Origin: Geosiphon pyriformis uo1
Lineage: Eukaryota; Fungi; Glomeromycota
Length of the DNA stretch: 64,000 nucleotides
Assembly (NCBI GenBank): GCA_016748015.1
Contig: JAAOMT010000762.1
Location: forward strand, 671,401-735,400
Reading direction: 5' to 3'
The translations under genes and the position numbers were made by a program. Positions 51,360 to 63,620 of the stretch are shown here, in pieces. The notes under the pieces were generated by a model. That model saw nothing but the letters and a program-made list of their open reading frames with translations. It was not told the origin of the DNA and ran no database searches. The stretch's first letter is position 1. Each line of letters starts with the position of its first letter.

Positions 51360-52441
51360 TGTTATGGGTAAACTTGGTGGGTATGAGAAATGGTAACGTT
51401 TAGTGCTCTCAATTATTGATAATGCGTCTTCCGCGTAATTCTGTTGGCTTAGTCTTGATTATTAGTCTCTGAAGGTCTATTCCAGGATGTGAATTTTACC
51501 CATTAAGTTCTTTGGTTATAAGGCACAGAGTTTGTTTTTTGTCAATTGCAACGTTTTTTTGTAAATGTGAGCTTTCTTCTCCGAACTAACAAATGCAGTC
51601 ATTAGGGTCTGGCATTGTCTTTTCACCCTTCTGGTAAGCTAACAAGATAATGTTAATATCCAAAACTTAGGGGGAGCTTCCCTCTTTTACTAGGCTATCA
51701 CAAAATCTATTCCCAGACAGTCAATTTTACTATGTTGTCGCTCCACAAAAAATAAGACAGAAAAAGAAAGAAAAAAAAAAAGAAAAAAAAAGAAAAGAGA
51801 GAAAAAATAAATTAGTATCGTCAATCACCATGATTAAGAGCAATTGGTTCAAATTGTTAATAGGTTCGAGGTGATTATGCTAAGAGCATCTGTTCTAGAA
51901 TAGAGGTACAAGACAAGGGTTAATTCATGTAAATTTCATGAAGTTTGAGAACATAAATTTGTGATTCTGATTTTTTTTAATAATTGGTTTATTTCAGGAG
52001 ATAAAATAGGGAAGATAATAAAAGATAAAGGGGTATGGATATTTTAATTTCTGGTTTAGAGGTTCGTATCTATTTTTTTCTCTCTGTTTTTTCTTACTTC
52101 TACAACTACTTGCTTTTATACATTCTTTTGGTTTTACAGGATTGCTTTCAATTGTCTTGCTATTACTAGCTATTGCTTTGTTGTTTCTGTTATTGCTTCG
52201 TTTTTCTACGTTATTGCTAGTTATCCTATGTTATAACACGTTATCTGACGTTATTACATGTTATTCTGTGTTATCCTGCATTATAACACGTTATCCTATG
52301 TTATTGCACACTATTCTGTGTTATAACACGTTATCCAACATTATAATGCGTTATTCAACGTTATTGCGCATTATTCTGTATTATGTCACGTTTTGGTCAT
52401 GTTTCTTCATAACTTTGGATTGGTTTTCTACTCAGGTAACA
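51360..52441 (-). repeat. 3' LTR of element C
   Basis: TGTTA...TAACA termini; direct repeat of 60506-61599; ~10-bp gttat tandem array at 52200-52390. Confidence 0.96.
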
Positions 52442-52455
52442 TTATTCCTCTCTTT

Positions 52456-53195
52456 TTAAAATTGAGCTTCTGCGAAACCATATATATCTGTTATCGTGGC
52501 TTCATTCATGTAATGTTCGATTGTTGCCTTTAGTATTGCCTTTTGTAGGTCTTCAAACTGTTGATTGGTTATTCGTCCTATGCTGTTAACCGTTATGGTT
52601 TTCATAAATCCGTTCAATAGTATGTTTGGGCAATGTTGAAAGGTGGCGTATAGTTGGTATGCTGCTTTGTAATGTAGGGTCAAGTTGTTTTTCTCTACGA
52701 ATTTTTCTACTTGTTATATTGATTCTTTGTTGAATGTTTTCTGGCTGAAGTCTTCATATGGTGTTTTCAAGTCAAGCTGTTCTCCAATTTTGTAGAACCA
52801 ATAAGCTGGAGGAAGTTTTTCTTTCCATTTCTGGACATTGTCAGGTGTCCACTCCCCTGTTTCGGGGAGTTCGGTCCCACGAGCTAAAGCTTCTTTTATT
52901 TTTTCGAGCTCAGAAACCAAGTATCTTCTTTTGTAATCTTTTTCTCATTTTTTGCCTCCTTCTTTCCCCCCCCCCTCCCCACCCGAAGACAATTTTTCCT
53001 CCCACATTGTCTTTCGGGTAGTGAGTAGGGAAGGGAACGTTTAGTTCTAATTGAACTCTTGTTCTTCCCTCTCCTGCTCTTATCTTTGTACCATATCTTT
53101 TTTTTATCAATTGTTATTTCTATTTGAGATGTCAATTTTTGAATTGTTTCAAATAATTGTTTAGATAATTTTAAAATTTGATCTGAAAGGTCCAT
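52456..53195 (-). pseudogene. Element C ORF3, accessory protein of unknown function
   Basis: YWFYKIGEQL...HYKAAYQLYATFQHCPNIL...SIGRITNQQFEDL; stop codon abuts the PPT; the N-terminal part is frameshifted. Confidence 0.72.
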
Positions 53196-53275
53196 GTTAA
53201 AATTTTTATCGTTTCTTGCTGCTTTTCGGATGCTATATATATTTGAATTCCCCAATTTAATTTGCTGTCTATTGT

Positions 53276-54643
53276 CTACGTTTTGATGATGATGATTGGT
53301 TCCAGATCTTGTGGTATATCTTCTGGTCTGATTAATGAAATTTGTGTTCCTAGTTGAGGTACTGATGATGATGATTCCTGTTTTACATGATAAATTTTTA
53401 ACCGATTTCCATGTACTACTTTCTTTAAAATTCTGTCTTCCAATCGTAATTTGTAAGCTCCATTTCCTAATGCTTCATGTATGTGGAATGGACCATCCCA
53501 CTTTGGGTCAAACTTTCCATTCCACTGTTTCTCAGTTTTTGTATGATGTAACAGTACTTGGTCTCCAATCTTGAATTCCATTGGTTGTTCTGATAGGTGT
53601 TTATCATGTCTTTCTTTTTGTTGTTTTTGAGTATAACTAATATTGCCAGCTGCTGTTTTTCAATTGTTTTCCAACATTTCCATTAGCTGGTATGTTCTTT
53701 GGTGTAAGGTAGTCTCAAAATTCTCTTCATTGATTGTTTTTGTTGGGTATGACAGTATCACTCATTCAATCGGTAACATAGCTTTTCTTCTATAAACTAG
53801 TTTGAACGGTATGAACTGAGTCATATTTTGTTTCAATGTTTGGTATGCAAAGAGTACAGAAGGTATGAATAAATCCCATTCTTGTCTGTTTTCATGATTT
53901 ATTTTTGCTAGTGCTTCGCACAGTGTTCTGTTAAATTGTTCTACCAGTCCATTTGTTTGTGAGTGGTATGGTAACAATAAGGGTCTCTTTATTTCAAACC
54001 GTTGGCTTAGTTCTGTCAGCATATTATTAACAAAGTGTGTTCCCTGATTAAATAATAATTCTTTCAGACATTCATGTCGGCAAATTAGGTCTTGATGTAC
54101 AAATTCGGTGACTGTTTTGGCATCGGCCACTTGGATTGCTCTGGCTTCTGGCCATTTTGTAAAATAGTCTACAGCTACAGTGATATAGCAATTTCCTTGG
54201 AATGTAATTGAAAGAGATCCAACCAAATCGATCCTGATTTTATCAAATGGATTTCCAACTGGAATGGGTCGAAGTGGTTCTGTTGATCTTGCTCCTCTTC
54301 TTTGCTGGCATGCGTCACAATTGAGCACATATTCGAAAATGTCTTTGTGTATCATTGGCCAATAGTATAAGTTTAGTGTTCTTTTGAGGGTAGCGTCTTT
54401 GTTAAAGTGTCCTGTAGTCGGATCTGAGTGCACGCTATATAGTATAGTTTCTCTTTCACTGTCCATAATTAGTCATTGTAAATTGGAATGGTTTCAGCAT
54501 TCTTATTGATATAGTTGGTTGTTTTGAATAAAATAATTTTGGGCTTGTTTTTGTATAGTACTCTGTTCCTGTTGAAATAATATCTCCTTGAAACATAGTG
54601 TCGATAGGTACTAATGTAGTCATTGATAAGTGAGTGTGTCTAT
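53276..54643 (-). pseudogene. int: Element C integrase, separate ORF (start ATG mutated to ATA)
   Basis: HSDPTTGHF..CDACQ, VDYFTKWPEA, QTNGLVEQFN, WDGPF; ends DLEPIIIIKT*. Confidence 0.93.
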
Positions 54644-54653
54644 GGGTCTGGGA

Positions 54654-57600
54654 TTAGATTTGTGGCATCCTCGACAAACTGTCGGCATTGGTGTTCTTGG
54701 ATTCTTCCTTGTAATAGACTTTGAGTGAGAATTGTTGCAGATAAGTACTTCATCTCACATATTTTCTTTCTAGTTGTGGATTGTTGAGTAACTAAATAAG
54801 TCTTTTGTGGTCGGTATATAGGTCAAATAGTTAACTGAGGTAATGTTTTCAAGTCTGTATGGCCCAATAAATGGCGAGACATTCCAGATCTGTTGTGCTG
54901 TAATTCTTTTCTGCTGGGCTAGTGCTGTGACTAGTGTAGGCAACTGAATGTTCTCTATTGTCCAGTCTTATCTGTAATAAGACTGCTCCTAGAGCATTTT
55001 TCGAGGTGTCCGTAGTGACAATAAACTGTTTAGTGAAATCTGGGTAAATTAGAATTGGGGATGTGATCAATTGCTGCTTGAGATAGTCAAATGCTTTCTG
55101 TTGATCTTTTTTCCACAAGTACAGTACGTATTTGGACAACAATTGATGGAGTGGTTTTGCGATGTTCAAGAAATCTTTGACAAATCAACAATAATATCCT
55201 GCTAATCCTAGAAATCCTCATAATTTTCTGAGGTTAATTGGGGCTAGAAAATCCTTGACTTTTTGTACTTTATCTGGATCAGGTTTAACTCTGTCCTTGC
55301 CGATTACATGTCCTAGGAATTTTAATTCGGTTTTTCTAAAGAAGCACTTCTCGGAATTGAGTTTCAATTTGGCACTACAAAGGCATTTGAAGACTTGTTG
55401 CAGGTAGAGCAAATGATCTTTGAATGTTTCAGAGAACACGTTTGTATCATCTAGATAGACTACTACTGATTTTCAAAGGATTCCTTTGTATACTACATCC
55501 ATCAGGCATTGAAACGTGGCAGGAGCATTACAAAGTTCAAAAGGCATTACGTTAAACTCGAAGTTTCCGTCTCGAGTGGTAAATGCTGTTTTTCCTTTGT
55601 TTTTGGGGTCTATTTCAACTTGTCAGTAACCACTTGCTAAATCTAATGACAAGAACCATTTTTTTTTCTCTAGATTGTCCAGAATTTTCTGGATGAGGAG
55701 AGTGGAATAACTATCTCTTTGTGTGATGCTATTTAGTTTTTGATAATCTACACAAAATCGCACTTTTCCATTTTTCTTGGTGATCAAAACTACTGGTGAG
55801 AACCAAGGGCTTAACGATTCTTTAATTAGGCCATTATCAAGCATCTGTTGCACTTCTTGCTTAATTAGATTATCGCCAGATGGGAGTACGCGGTAAGCTC
55901 GTTGCTTAATTGGTCGAGTATCTCCTGTATCAATCTGATGCTTTATGATGTCGGTGCGTCCGAACTCATTTTTGCTAGCAAAGACATTGGCATACTGATT
56001 CAGAAGGACTTTGAGTTGTATTTGTTGCAGGGTACTTAAATTTCCTAAATTCAATTTATTGATCTCTTCTGGTGTGAACAAGTAACTTTCTTTTGGTAAA
56101 TTCTATACTTGTGAGGTAATGTCACAGAATAAAAATAATTGTGCAAAATCTGGAATGGACTGGGGTTTTTCAGGATTCTGACTATCTGCGGATATGAAAC
56201 TGACGAGAGTCCCTTCGGGGATTTCAATAACATCTTCTGTTGGGTTGTGGATGGGGATTTTGAAGTGTTTATGGACTTTGGCCAGTAGGTTTAGATTAGC
56301 AACATCAGCTAGAGAACAGATTTCAGGACTGGCTTCAAATAATAGGGCTTGATCTTGGATCTTTCAATTCACCTTGAGAATATATTATCGATATGGAGGA
56401 ATGGAGATGATAGTGTTGGTGTGGATAAATTCTATCTGGTCACTGTCTTCCTCCGTGAAATTAACTGGTACGTTTCCTCTTCCACTTGATCCAAACCTGT
56501 TGATTTTTTGGGCAGTGAAGCCTAACTCTTCTCGGGTTGTTACCAGAGTTAATTGGGGTATTTTGACTAGGGGTAGGAAGATAGCTTGGGCAATCTTTTC
56601 TTGTAATTCTATTTTATAGGATCTGTTCGAATTGTTCTATAGCATTACGATGATGTTTTCTGTGTAACTGGCATCAATGATTCCTCCTTTTATGTCAATT
56701 CTTTTCTTGGCTAGACTAGATTAAGAGGCAACTTGTACCATTGTACTAACAGGAATTTCTAACGCTATCTTAAAATCTATTTTTACAAGGGAATGTGGGA
56801 CTATAATAATGGGTGATTGTCTGGGGTATTGTAGGTTGAAACCAGCATTGGTGTCATGCACTCTTTTGGGACAGATTCTTTTTTCATTGTCACTGTACCA
56901 TTTTAGCTCTAGTTTTTTGGAGAGGTCAGGATACGCAAGATACTGTTCTGTTTCAGTATCCTCAGTTGGATCTTGAAATGACATGTCTTCGGTGATCAAT
57001 ACCTCTTCTTCGGGTTCAAGTAGTTCAGTAATTGGAAACAGTATTCTTGGAGATGGATTGAACATGAGATCACATTCATTGCAGTACTGAAAGTGACAGG
57101 GGATCAAACAGTGATCGCATAATTTGGTATTCAAATCGGCTAACTTTTGCTCCTGCTTCTCATGAGTTGGGGCCAATTCCTAATATTGGTTCTAAAATGC
57201 ATCTGGGTCATCTGTGAAGAAATCATCCTCGGGATAGTTGGGTCCAGTATATTCGGGCGTCCAAGGGTTGTCCTTAATTTTTCGTATTTCTTTGGTCATG
57301 GCACCTTCAGCCTTGGTGCTTGCCATTCTCCAGATTTGGTGGTCATCGTGTAGATAACCATCTAGCCTGTTGAGTGCTCATTTCCAAATGTCCTCGATGG
57401 GGGTTCACTTTTGTATCCAATTATTAATTAATATAGTGTATTCACAAGCCTTGTCACATGTTCCTCCTCTGCCAGGCACATCATTCCAGAGTCCTTCATC
57501 TGGCAGAATTTCGCCACATGCGAGGCACGACATGTGGTCCCACTTGTCTTGTCGTTTTGGTCGTCCAAATCTTTTCAGTAAACAAGGTCTGCAATAGTAT

Positions 57601-60443
57601 TTGGTAGTGGTGGGCCATTCTTCATTGTTCCTGATACATGCGCCCATAGTGGATAGTTTTTTCTCACAATTGACACATATTAGTCTTAAGAGTTGGTAAA
57701 ATAAGTTTCTTTGGTCTGAGATTACATATCCTAGTGATGATAATTGGGGTTCTTCTTCAGCTCTGTCTTTTTCTTTTTCTTCCCAAGTTGGTGGTGGGGG
57801 TAGTTCAGTTCGATAATCATCCACTCATGAAACCTGATAGGTCTCGATGGTTGGTGGCATTAATGTGTCTTTGAATTCAATAAAGGGTTTCTCGGTACAT
57901 TGGTTTTTAAAGTGTCCGCATGTAGCTGGAACTTGGGCATGCTGTCTGTTGAACGTAAGTTGAAATTCTTGGGTGTTCCAGTTAAGAGTAGCATTAACTT
58001 TTAACAATCAGTCATTTTCTATTAGAGCTTGATATTGAATAGCTTCCATGACGAGTACTTTGGTAGGGATTTGGATTCCATTAATCTCGAAGAGGAAGTT
58101 GTCAATTTCTCTTATCAGGATTTTTGTGTTCCCATCTGCTGTAATGATCCAGGTGGTAGCAGCACAGTCTACTCGGTGACCTAGTTGGTCCATGAGCTGC
58201 TTCGTGATTATGCTACTGGCTGATCCGCTATCCAGGATTAATTTAATGTCTATTTTTCCGACTCTGGCATCAGTGTATAGGGCTGTTATTGGTTTATCCT
58301 GATTGATGGCTGCTCCACTAAAAAGGCTATGTGTGTTCAAATTATCAATGTCAAAAAGAAATATGGCAGCTAGGGTGGTGTTTTTGGTAATAGTGGCTAG
58401 TGGGATATTGCTTTTTGTTTGCTTGGAAGGTTGGGAGATTCGTTCTATATTCCCCCCTTCCACAGATGTAGATTTATCAAAACCCTGGTCTTCCATAAGA
58501 TTGAGATAGGAAGCTTGATTCAGGTATCCAGTTGGTGTTGGTCAAGATTGGACAGGACCGCGAGGGATTGGTTGAGATGGTTCACTGTTGGTTTGCACCT
58601 GATTGTTGTTGGGATTCCTCCATCCCTGATTATAGTCTATAGCTCAAGATTTGGATGGGCTGTAAGGAAAAGTTTGATAGTGAGGGATTGCTTGTGTCAT
58701 TGGTGGTGGTTGATAATAATTCTGGGGCAGTAGTTGAATGTACGGGACTTGTTGTGCATATAGGGATGGTTGATTCTAAGGTATGGAATATTGGGGTACC
58801 ATGTTTTGTTAATATTTGGGTTGCTGGTATGAGTTTTCTTGATTTTGGTCCATGATCTTCCTTCTGCAGTCACGGGCAATATGTCCAGATTTCTGGCAGT
58901 AGTAGCAATTGTGGGGATTGGATCTCCAAGATTGTTGCTGTTGCTGACAGTTCTGTTGCTGTGGGTATCTGCTGTTGTTGTTATTTTCTCTCCGTTGGGG
59001 TGGTTGGTAAGTTCTTGTAGTTCCAGCTAAGAATTTCTCAATTTTCTGAGTTAGTTTTTTATTCAATTGGGTTATTTTTGTGTCGATGTCAGAGGTTCCG
59101 TTAATGGCTAAATTAACAGCTTGGGTATGATTCACTTCTTGTTCTGCAGACTCAAAATCGTGAGTGAAAGTGATGGTGTCTTGTAAACTGGTTGGATGGC
59201 AGGGTCTTATGGATCTTAGAATACTACTCCACAATTCTTTAATGAATTGATTAAGAACTTGCGCCGCGGTATAGTAGTCCCTTTCAATAGCTAATATTTG
59301 ATGCAGGATTTGATTGAATCGTCCGAGATAAGTAGTTACTGCTTTGTGATTTTTTTGTTTAATTATGCTGAATTGATTCTACAATCGAATTAACGTATTG
59401 GGGTCACAGAAGTATTGCAGAAATGTGAGTTTAAACTCAGTAAAAGAGATAGGCTTCTTTGCCAGGCTCTAGTACCACAAATTGGTGATTCCAGTCAGAA
59501 AAAACAGCAGTGCCTGAACTGTGTGGTCATTGTTCCAACCATTAGTGGTAATTGCTTTCTTGGCGTCCGCGATCTAAGAATATGCATTATCTTTTTCACC
59601 AGAGAATTTTTCCAATTTAGCAATATCCCAGTAAGCCATGATCTGGTTAATGGGTAGGGTGTTACTGGTTATGTTTAAAGGGATTGGTGTCTGTGTATTC
59701 GAGTGTTCTCCAGGTGCTAATGCTGGTTGCTTTCTTTTGTTACTTGAACCAATAGGTTGTAAGATAGCTGTTTCTTCTGTCAGGAAAGATGCTGATTCTG
59801 TTAGGTTTTGTGCTGGTGGCTGTTCCCAAGTTGACAGGTTTCCTTCTGTTTGACTGGCTGCTGGGGTAAGATTTCCAAACAGCAATCCGTATTCTCCTAG
59901 TGATTTGGTCCAACTGTGTTGATTCCAAGGGTGTGGATTTCCAGGAGTTTGTGGTGTTTCTGACTGAGTTTCCAAAGGTGAGTTGAATACAATTCTACTT
60001 TGAGGTGTCTGATGGTATGATGGAGTTGTTAGGAAAAGGACCCTTGGTTTTTTGTTGACCATGGACTTGGCTTGGGCAGTTATGGAGTTGTTGGATTTGT
60101 TTTCATATTCCTCAGGGTCAGATTCCACTGGTTGTTGTACTTGAGGGAATTGTTGTGTCACATAATATTTAATGTCTGTATCGATTATGCGCAGAGTTTC
60201 AGCGATTGCTCAGGTAGTCATGGCTGTTGAGTACCCTAGTAAGCTTTGATGAATTTGTTCTTTAAGTCTTCCTGTATCAGTTGTGCGGCCTAACAAGCAG
60301 TCAATTTTTGCGTTGATATAGTTACAAAAATCACTTTCTGTATAAGGGATTCCTGCTGGTATTCCTAGGTCTTTTTGAAAGTATTGAAATAATGCTTTTC
60401 CATATGAGGAGTGGTCTTTTCCTATTGTTCCAATAGTTGCCAC
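54654..60443 (-). pseudogene. gag-pol: Element C single-frame Gag-PR-Cys-rich-dUTPase-RT-RNase H polyprotein
   Basis: Fragments starting at 60443, 60161, 59234, 58496, 57176, 56081, 55439 and 55169 share one frame; CYYCQKSGHIARDC, LILDSGS, RFCVDY, DLASGY, YLDD, NADSLSR. Confidence 0.95.
56483..56882 (-). pseudogene. dut: dUTPase domain within element C pol
   Basis: NAGFNL, S*SSLA, GGIIDASY, EKIAQAI, NRFGSSG. Confidence 0.9.
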
Positions 60444-60487
60444 TTTTATGTATTTTTGGGGGTGCTCTGTCTCTGTGGATTTATAAT

Positions 60488-60503
60488 CTCACAGGGAGCA
60501 CCA
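60488..60503 (-). promoter_or_regulatory. Primer-binding site of C (TGGTGCTCCCTGTGAG)
   Basis: Lies 2 nt from the 5' LTR; identical over 16 nt to the PBS of element A. Confidence 0.9.
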
Positions 60504-60505
60504 AA

Positions 60506-60891
60506 TGTTATGGGTAAACTTGGTGGGTATGAGAAATAGTAACATTTGGTGCTCTTAATTATTGATGATGCATCTTCCGCATAATTCTGTTGGCTTAGTC
60601 TTGATTATCAGTCTCTGAAGGTCTATTCCTGAATGTGAATTTTACCCATTGAGTTTTTTGGTTATAAGGCACAGAGTTTGTTTTTCGTCGATTGCAATGT
60701 TTTTTCATAAATGTGAGCTTTCTTCTCCAAACTAATGAGCGCAGTTGTTAGGGTTTGGCATTGTCTTTTTGCCCTTCTGGTAAGCTAACAAGATAATGTT
60801 AATATCCAAAACTTAGGGGGAGCTTCCCTCTTTTACCAGGCTATCACAAAATCTATTCTCAAACAGTTGATTTTACTATGTTGCCACTCCA

Positions 60892-60945
<54 letters not shown>

Positions 60946-61599
60946 GAGAAAAGATAAATTAGTATTGTTAATCACTGTGATCAAAAGTGATTGGTTCAAA
61001 TTGTTAATAAGTTCGAGGCGATTATGCTAAGAGCATCTGTTCTAGAATGGAGGTATGAGACAAGGGTTAATTCACATAAATTTTATGAAGTTCGAGAACA
61101 TGAATTCATGATTCTGATTTCTTTTAATAATTGGTTTATTTCAGGAGATGAAATAGGAAAGATAATAAAGAATAAAGGGGTATGGATATTTTAATTTTTG
61201 GTCTAGAAATTCGTATCTATTTTTTTCTTTCTGTCTTTTCTCACTTCTACAACTACTTGCTTTTATACATTCTTTTGGTTTTACAGGATTGCTTTCAATT
61301 GTCTTGTTATCACTAGCTATTGCTTTGTTGTTTCTGTTATTGCTTCATTTTTCTATGTTATCGCTAGTTATCCTATGTTATAACACGTTATCTGATGTTA
61401 TTACATGTTATTCTGTGTTATCCTGCATTATAACATGTTATCCTATGTTATTGTATGCTATTCTGTGTTATCCTGCATTATAACATGTTATCTAATGTTA
61501 TAATGCGTTATCCAATATTATTGCGCGTTATTCTGTGGTATGTCACATTTTGGTTACATTTCTTCATAACTTTGGATCGGTTTTTCTACTCGGGTAACA
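60506..61599 (-). repeat. 5' LTR of element C
   Basis: Direct repeat of 51360-52441; TATAAAA on the minus strand near 61261-61267. Confidence 0.96.
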
Positions 61600-62487
61600 A
61601 TGCACAGAATCTTTCCCAATTAAGAATGACCACTTAGCTGCCAACTGATCTGTCTGACTTGATTCAGCAAACTCTACCACAACCTTCTGCCACAGCCCAA
61701 TGAGTTACAATCAGATTAACACCACTTGACCAAATTCGGACACTGCAGCGATGATCATTTCTTTTGGCATATTCATGGGAATTTTCTTGATGACTACGGC
61801 CCGATCTGAACAAACTCCTTGTCTTTTGAGATTGCTGTTTATGACGATCCCTTCTTTTTCAGCCAATAACACAGCTTTCCTCATGCTCTCCTCAGATGTA
61901 AACGTTGATCGAATGATCTTTTCAAATTTTGAGGAGGTAGTGGCCCCCCCAAAACCATTGATCTTTGAAAAAATCTTCCTAATTAATTGAGTTTTTGCCG
62001 TCGCCGATTTGCCTTCAACAGCTGAAAGATTGATATCCAAGGCAAAAAATTTTTTAACTGCCACCTCTACAGGAGTTTTGACAATTTTGGGATCAATCCA
62101 GATCTTATCCAAAGGAATCTTTTTCATAAGGGGGGGCAGAAGGGGCTTCACTTCTTCATCCATCTCAAAGTCAGGAAAACCAATAGGAGAACCAAAATTT
62201 GTACCAGTATTCACACATTTAGTCTTAAGAGTGTTAACAGCTGAGTCCAAGAAAGAACTATCAAAACCACCAGACATACTGACATCTTCATCATTACCAG
62301 AAAGGCTTTCTACATCGGAGTATATACTAGCACTAGAACCAGACTTCAAAGAAATATCTTTTTCATCACCAAAGTGTTTAATATTACCAAGAGAAAGCTT
62401 TTTTTATTTATTATTTTAAATATATATTAAACTTATTTTTTAATAAATTAATAATTAATAAATAGTATTTAATAGACTTATTATTAC

Positions 62488-62742
62488 TATTATTGAAGGT
62501 TTTTTTACTTTTTTTTGATATTTTTAATACTATTTTGTTGTTAATTCTACTATTTAATAGAAATTAGTAAATTTTTAATAGACTTATTCTTTTTTTAAAG
62601 TATTTTTTTATATTTTAGATTATATATATTATTAAACTTATAATAGAATGATTAATTCTATGCCAATTACTTTGTATAATTATTTTGTAGTAAAAATCAA
62701 CTTTTTTACAAAAAATCTTATTTGTAAGCTTTTTAATAATAT
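62488..62742 (-). repeat. Decayed B-family LTR fragment
   Basis: Aligns by eye to the reverse complement of the last ~300 bp of the B LTR. Confidence 0.55.
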
Positions 62743-63620
62743 TGTTATAAATAAACTTAGTAAAAATAATATTATAACTTTTGATATTTATAATTTAATA
62801 ATAAAAACTGATTAAACATTAATATAATAGTTTTTTTAATTAAATTAATTATTAATTTTTGAAAATTTTCTTGTCTAAAATTATATTTGTTGAGTTTTTT
62901 TTGTTATAAAACACAAAGTTTTGGTTTTTTTAATTGTGTTGTTCTTATTATATTATTTTTTAAGTTAGTAAATACAATTATTAAAGTTTGATATTATCTT
63001 TTTATCTTTTTAATAAGCTAATAAAATAAAGTTAATATTTAAATCTAGAGGAAGCTTTTTTTTTTACTAAGTTATTACAAAGTTTATTCAATATTACTGC
63101 TTTATAAAAAAAATAAAAAAACAAAAAAAAATAAAACAAAAATAAAATAAAAAAATAAAAGCAAAAAAAAAAGAAATTTGTATTATTAATTGCCATAATT
63201 AAAAGCAATTGGTCTTAATTATTAGAGTTTCAAAGCAGTTTATGTTAATAATATCTAATTTAGAAAAAAATAACAAAGAAAATTAATTTGATTTTGACAA
63301 ATCAGAATATTAGAATTATGTATAAATAATTTAAAATAAAAAAATTTATTAAATTGGTTTATGAATATATAAAATAAAGTTAATTAAAACTAAGATTAAA
63401 ATATGTAAAAAAAAGTAATTTTTGTCTGTTTTTCTTTTTTTATTTGCTAAAACTATTTGTTTTTATATATATTTTCTAATTTTATAAAATTGCTTTCAAT
63501 TACTTATTATTATTAGCTATTGTTCACTATTTTTATTATTACTTCATTTTTTTATACTATAATTTGTTATTTTATGCTATGACTAATTATTTTGTGTTAT
63601 TTCATATTATTGTATAATTA
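62743..63620 (-). repeat. Decayed C-family LTR
   Basis: tgttataaataaacttag start and 63040-63170 align with the C LTR (51360 and 51665-51860); right end unclear. Confidence 0.7.

Larger units (their letters stand above)
51360..61599 (-). mobile_element. Ty3/Gypsy LTR retrotransposon C with dUTPase
   Basis: LTRs 60506-61599 (5') and 51360-52441 (3'); PBS 60488-60503; PPT 52442-52457; TSD ACAC/ATGC (inferred ancestral ACGC). Confidence 0.97.
50372..62400 (-). pseudogene. LINE-2 ORF1, split by element C (61600-62400 + 50372-51359)
   Basis: Rejoined junction reads KDSVRVAKA (LINE-1: KDAVRVAR); RRM-like AVVIKKIP..AAVSEFG; knuckle remnant CEQYEKLGHSVLKC. Confidence 0.9.
45554..62415 (-). mobile_element. 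LINE-2, near full length (5'-truncated in ORF1), interrupted by Gypsy C
   Basis: Poly-T at 45555-45564, 3'UTR, ORF2 45688-50375, ORF1 50372-51359 + 61600-62400; low-complexity candidate TSD TTAAATATATAT (45542 / 62416). Confidence 0.92.

Noticed and set aside
52200-52390. CRISPR-like array
   Set aside because: Contiguous ~10-bp degenerate units with no unique spacers and no cas genes, inside an LTR.
52142-52459. Hydrophobic ORFs resembling secreted or membrane (Env-like) proteins; also 61289-61637, 8335-8517 and 44076-44318
   Set aside because: They are translations of T-rich LTR tandem arrays, antisense to the elements.
11720-60443. Alternative genetic code explaining the in-frame stops
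   Set aside because: All three stop codons occur at Trp/Gln/Arg positions, and intact TGG/CAA codons are common; this fits transition mutation.
60893-60928. Poly-A tail of a retroposed insert
   Set aside because: It corresponds to an interrupted A-rich tract in the sister LTR (51746-51800); slippage or homopolymer error is more likely.
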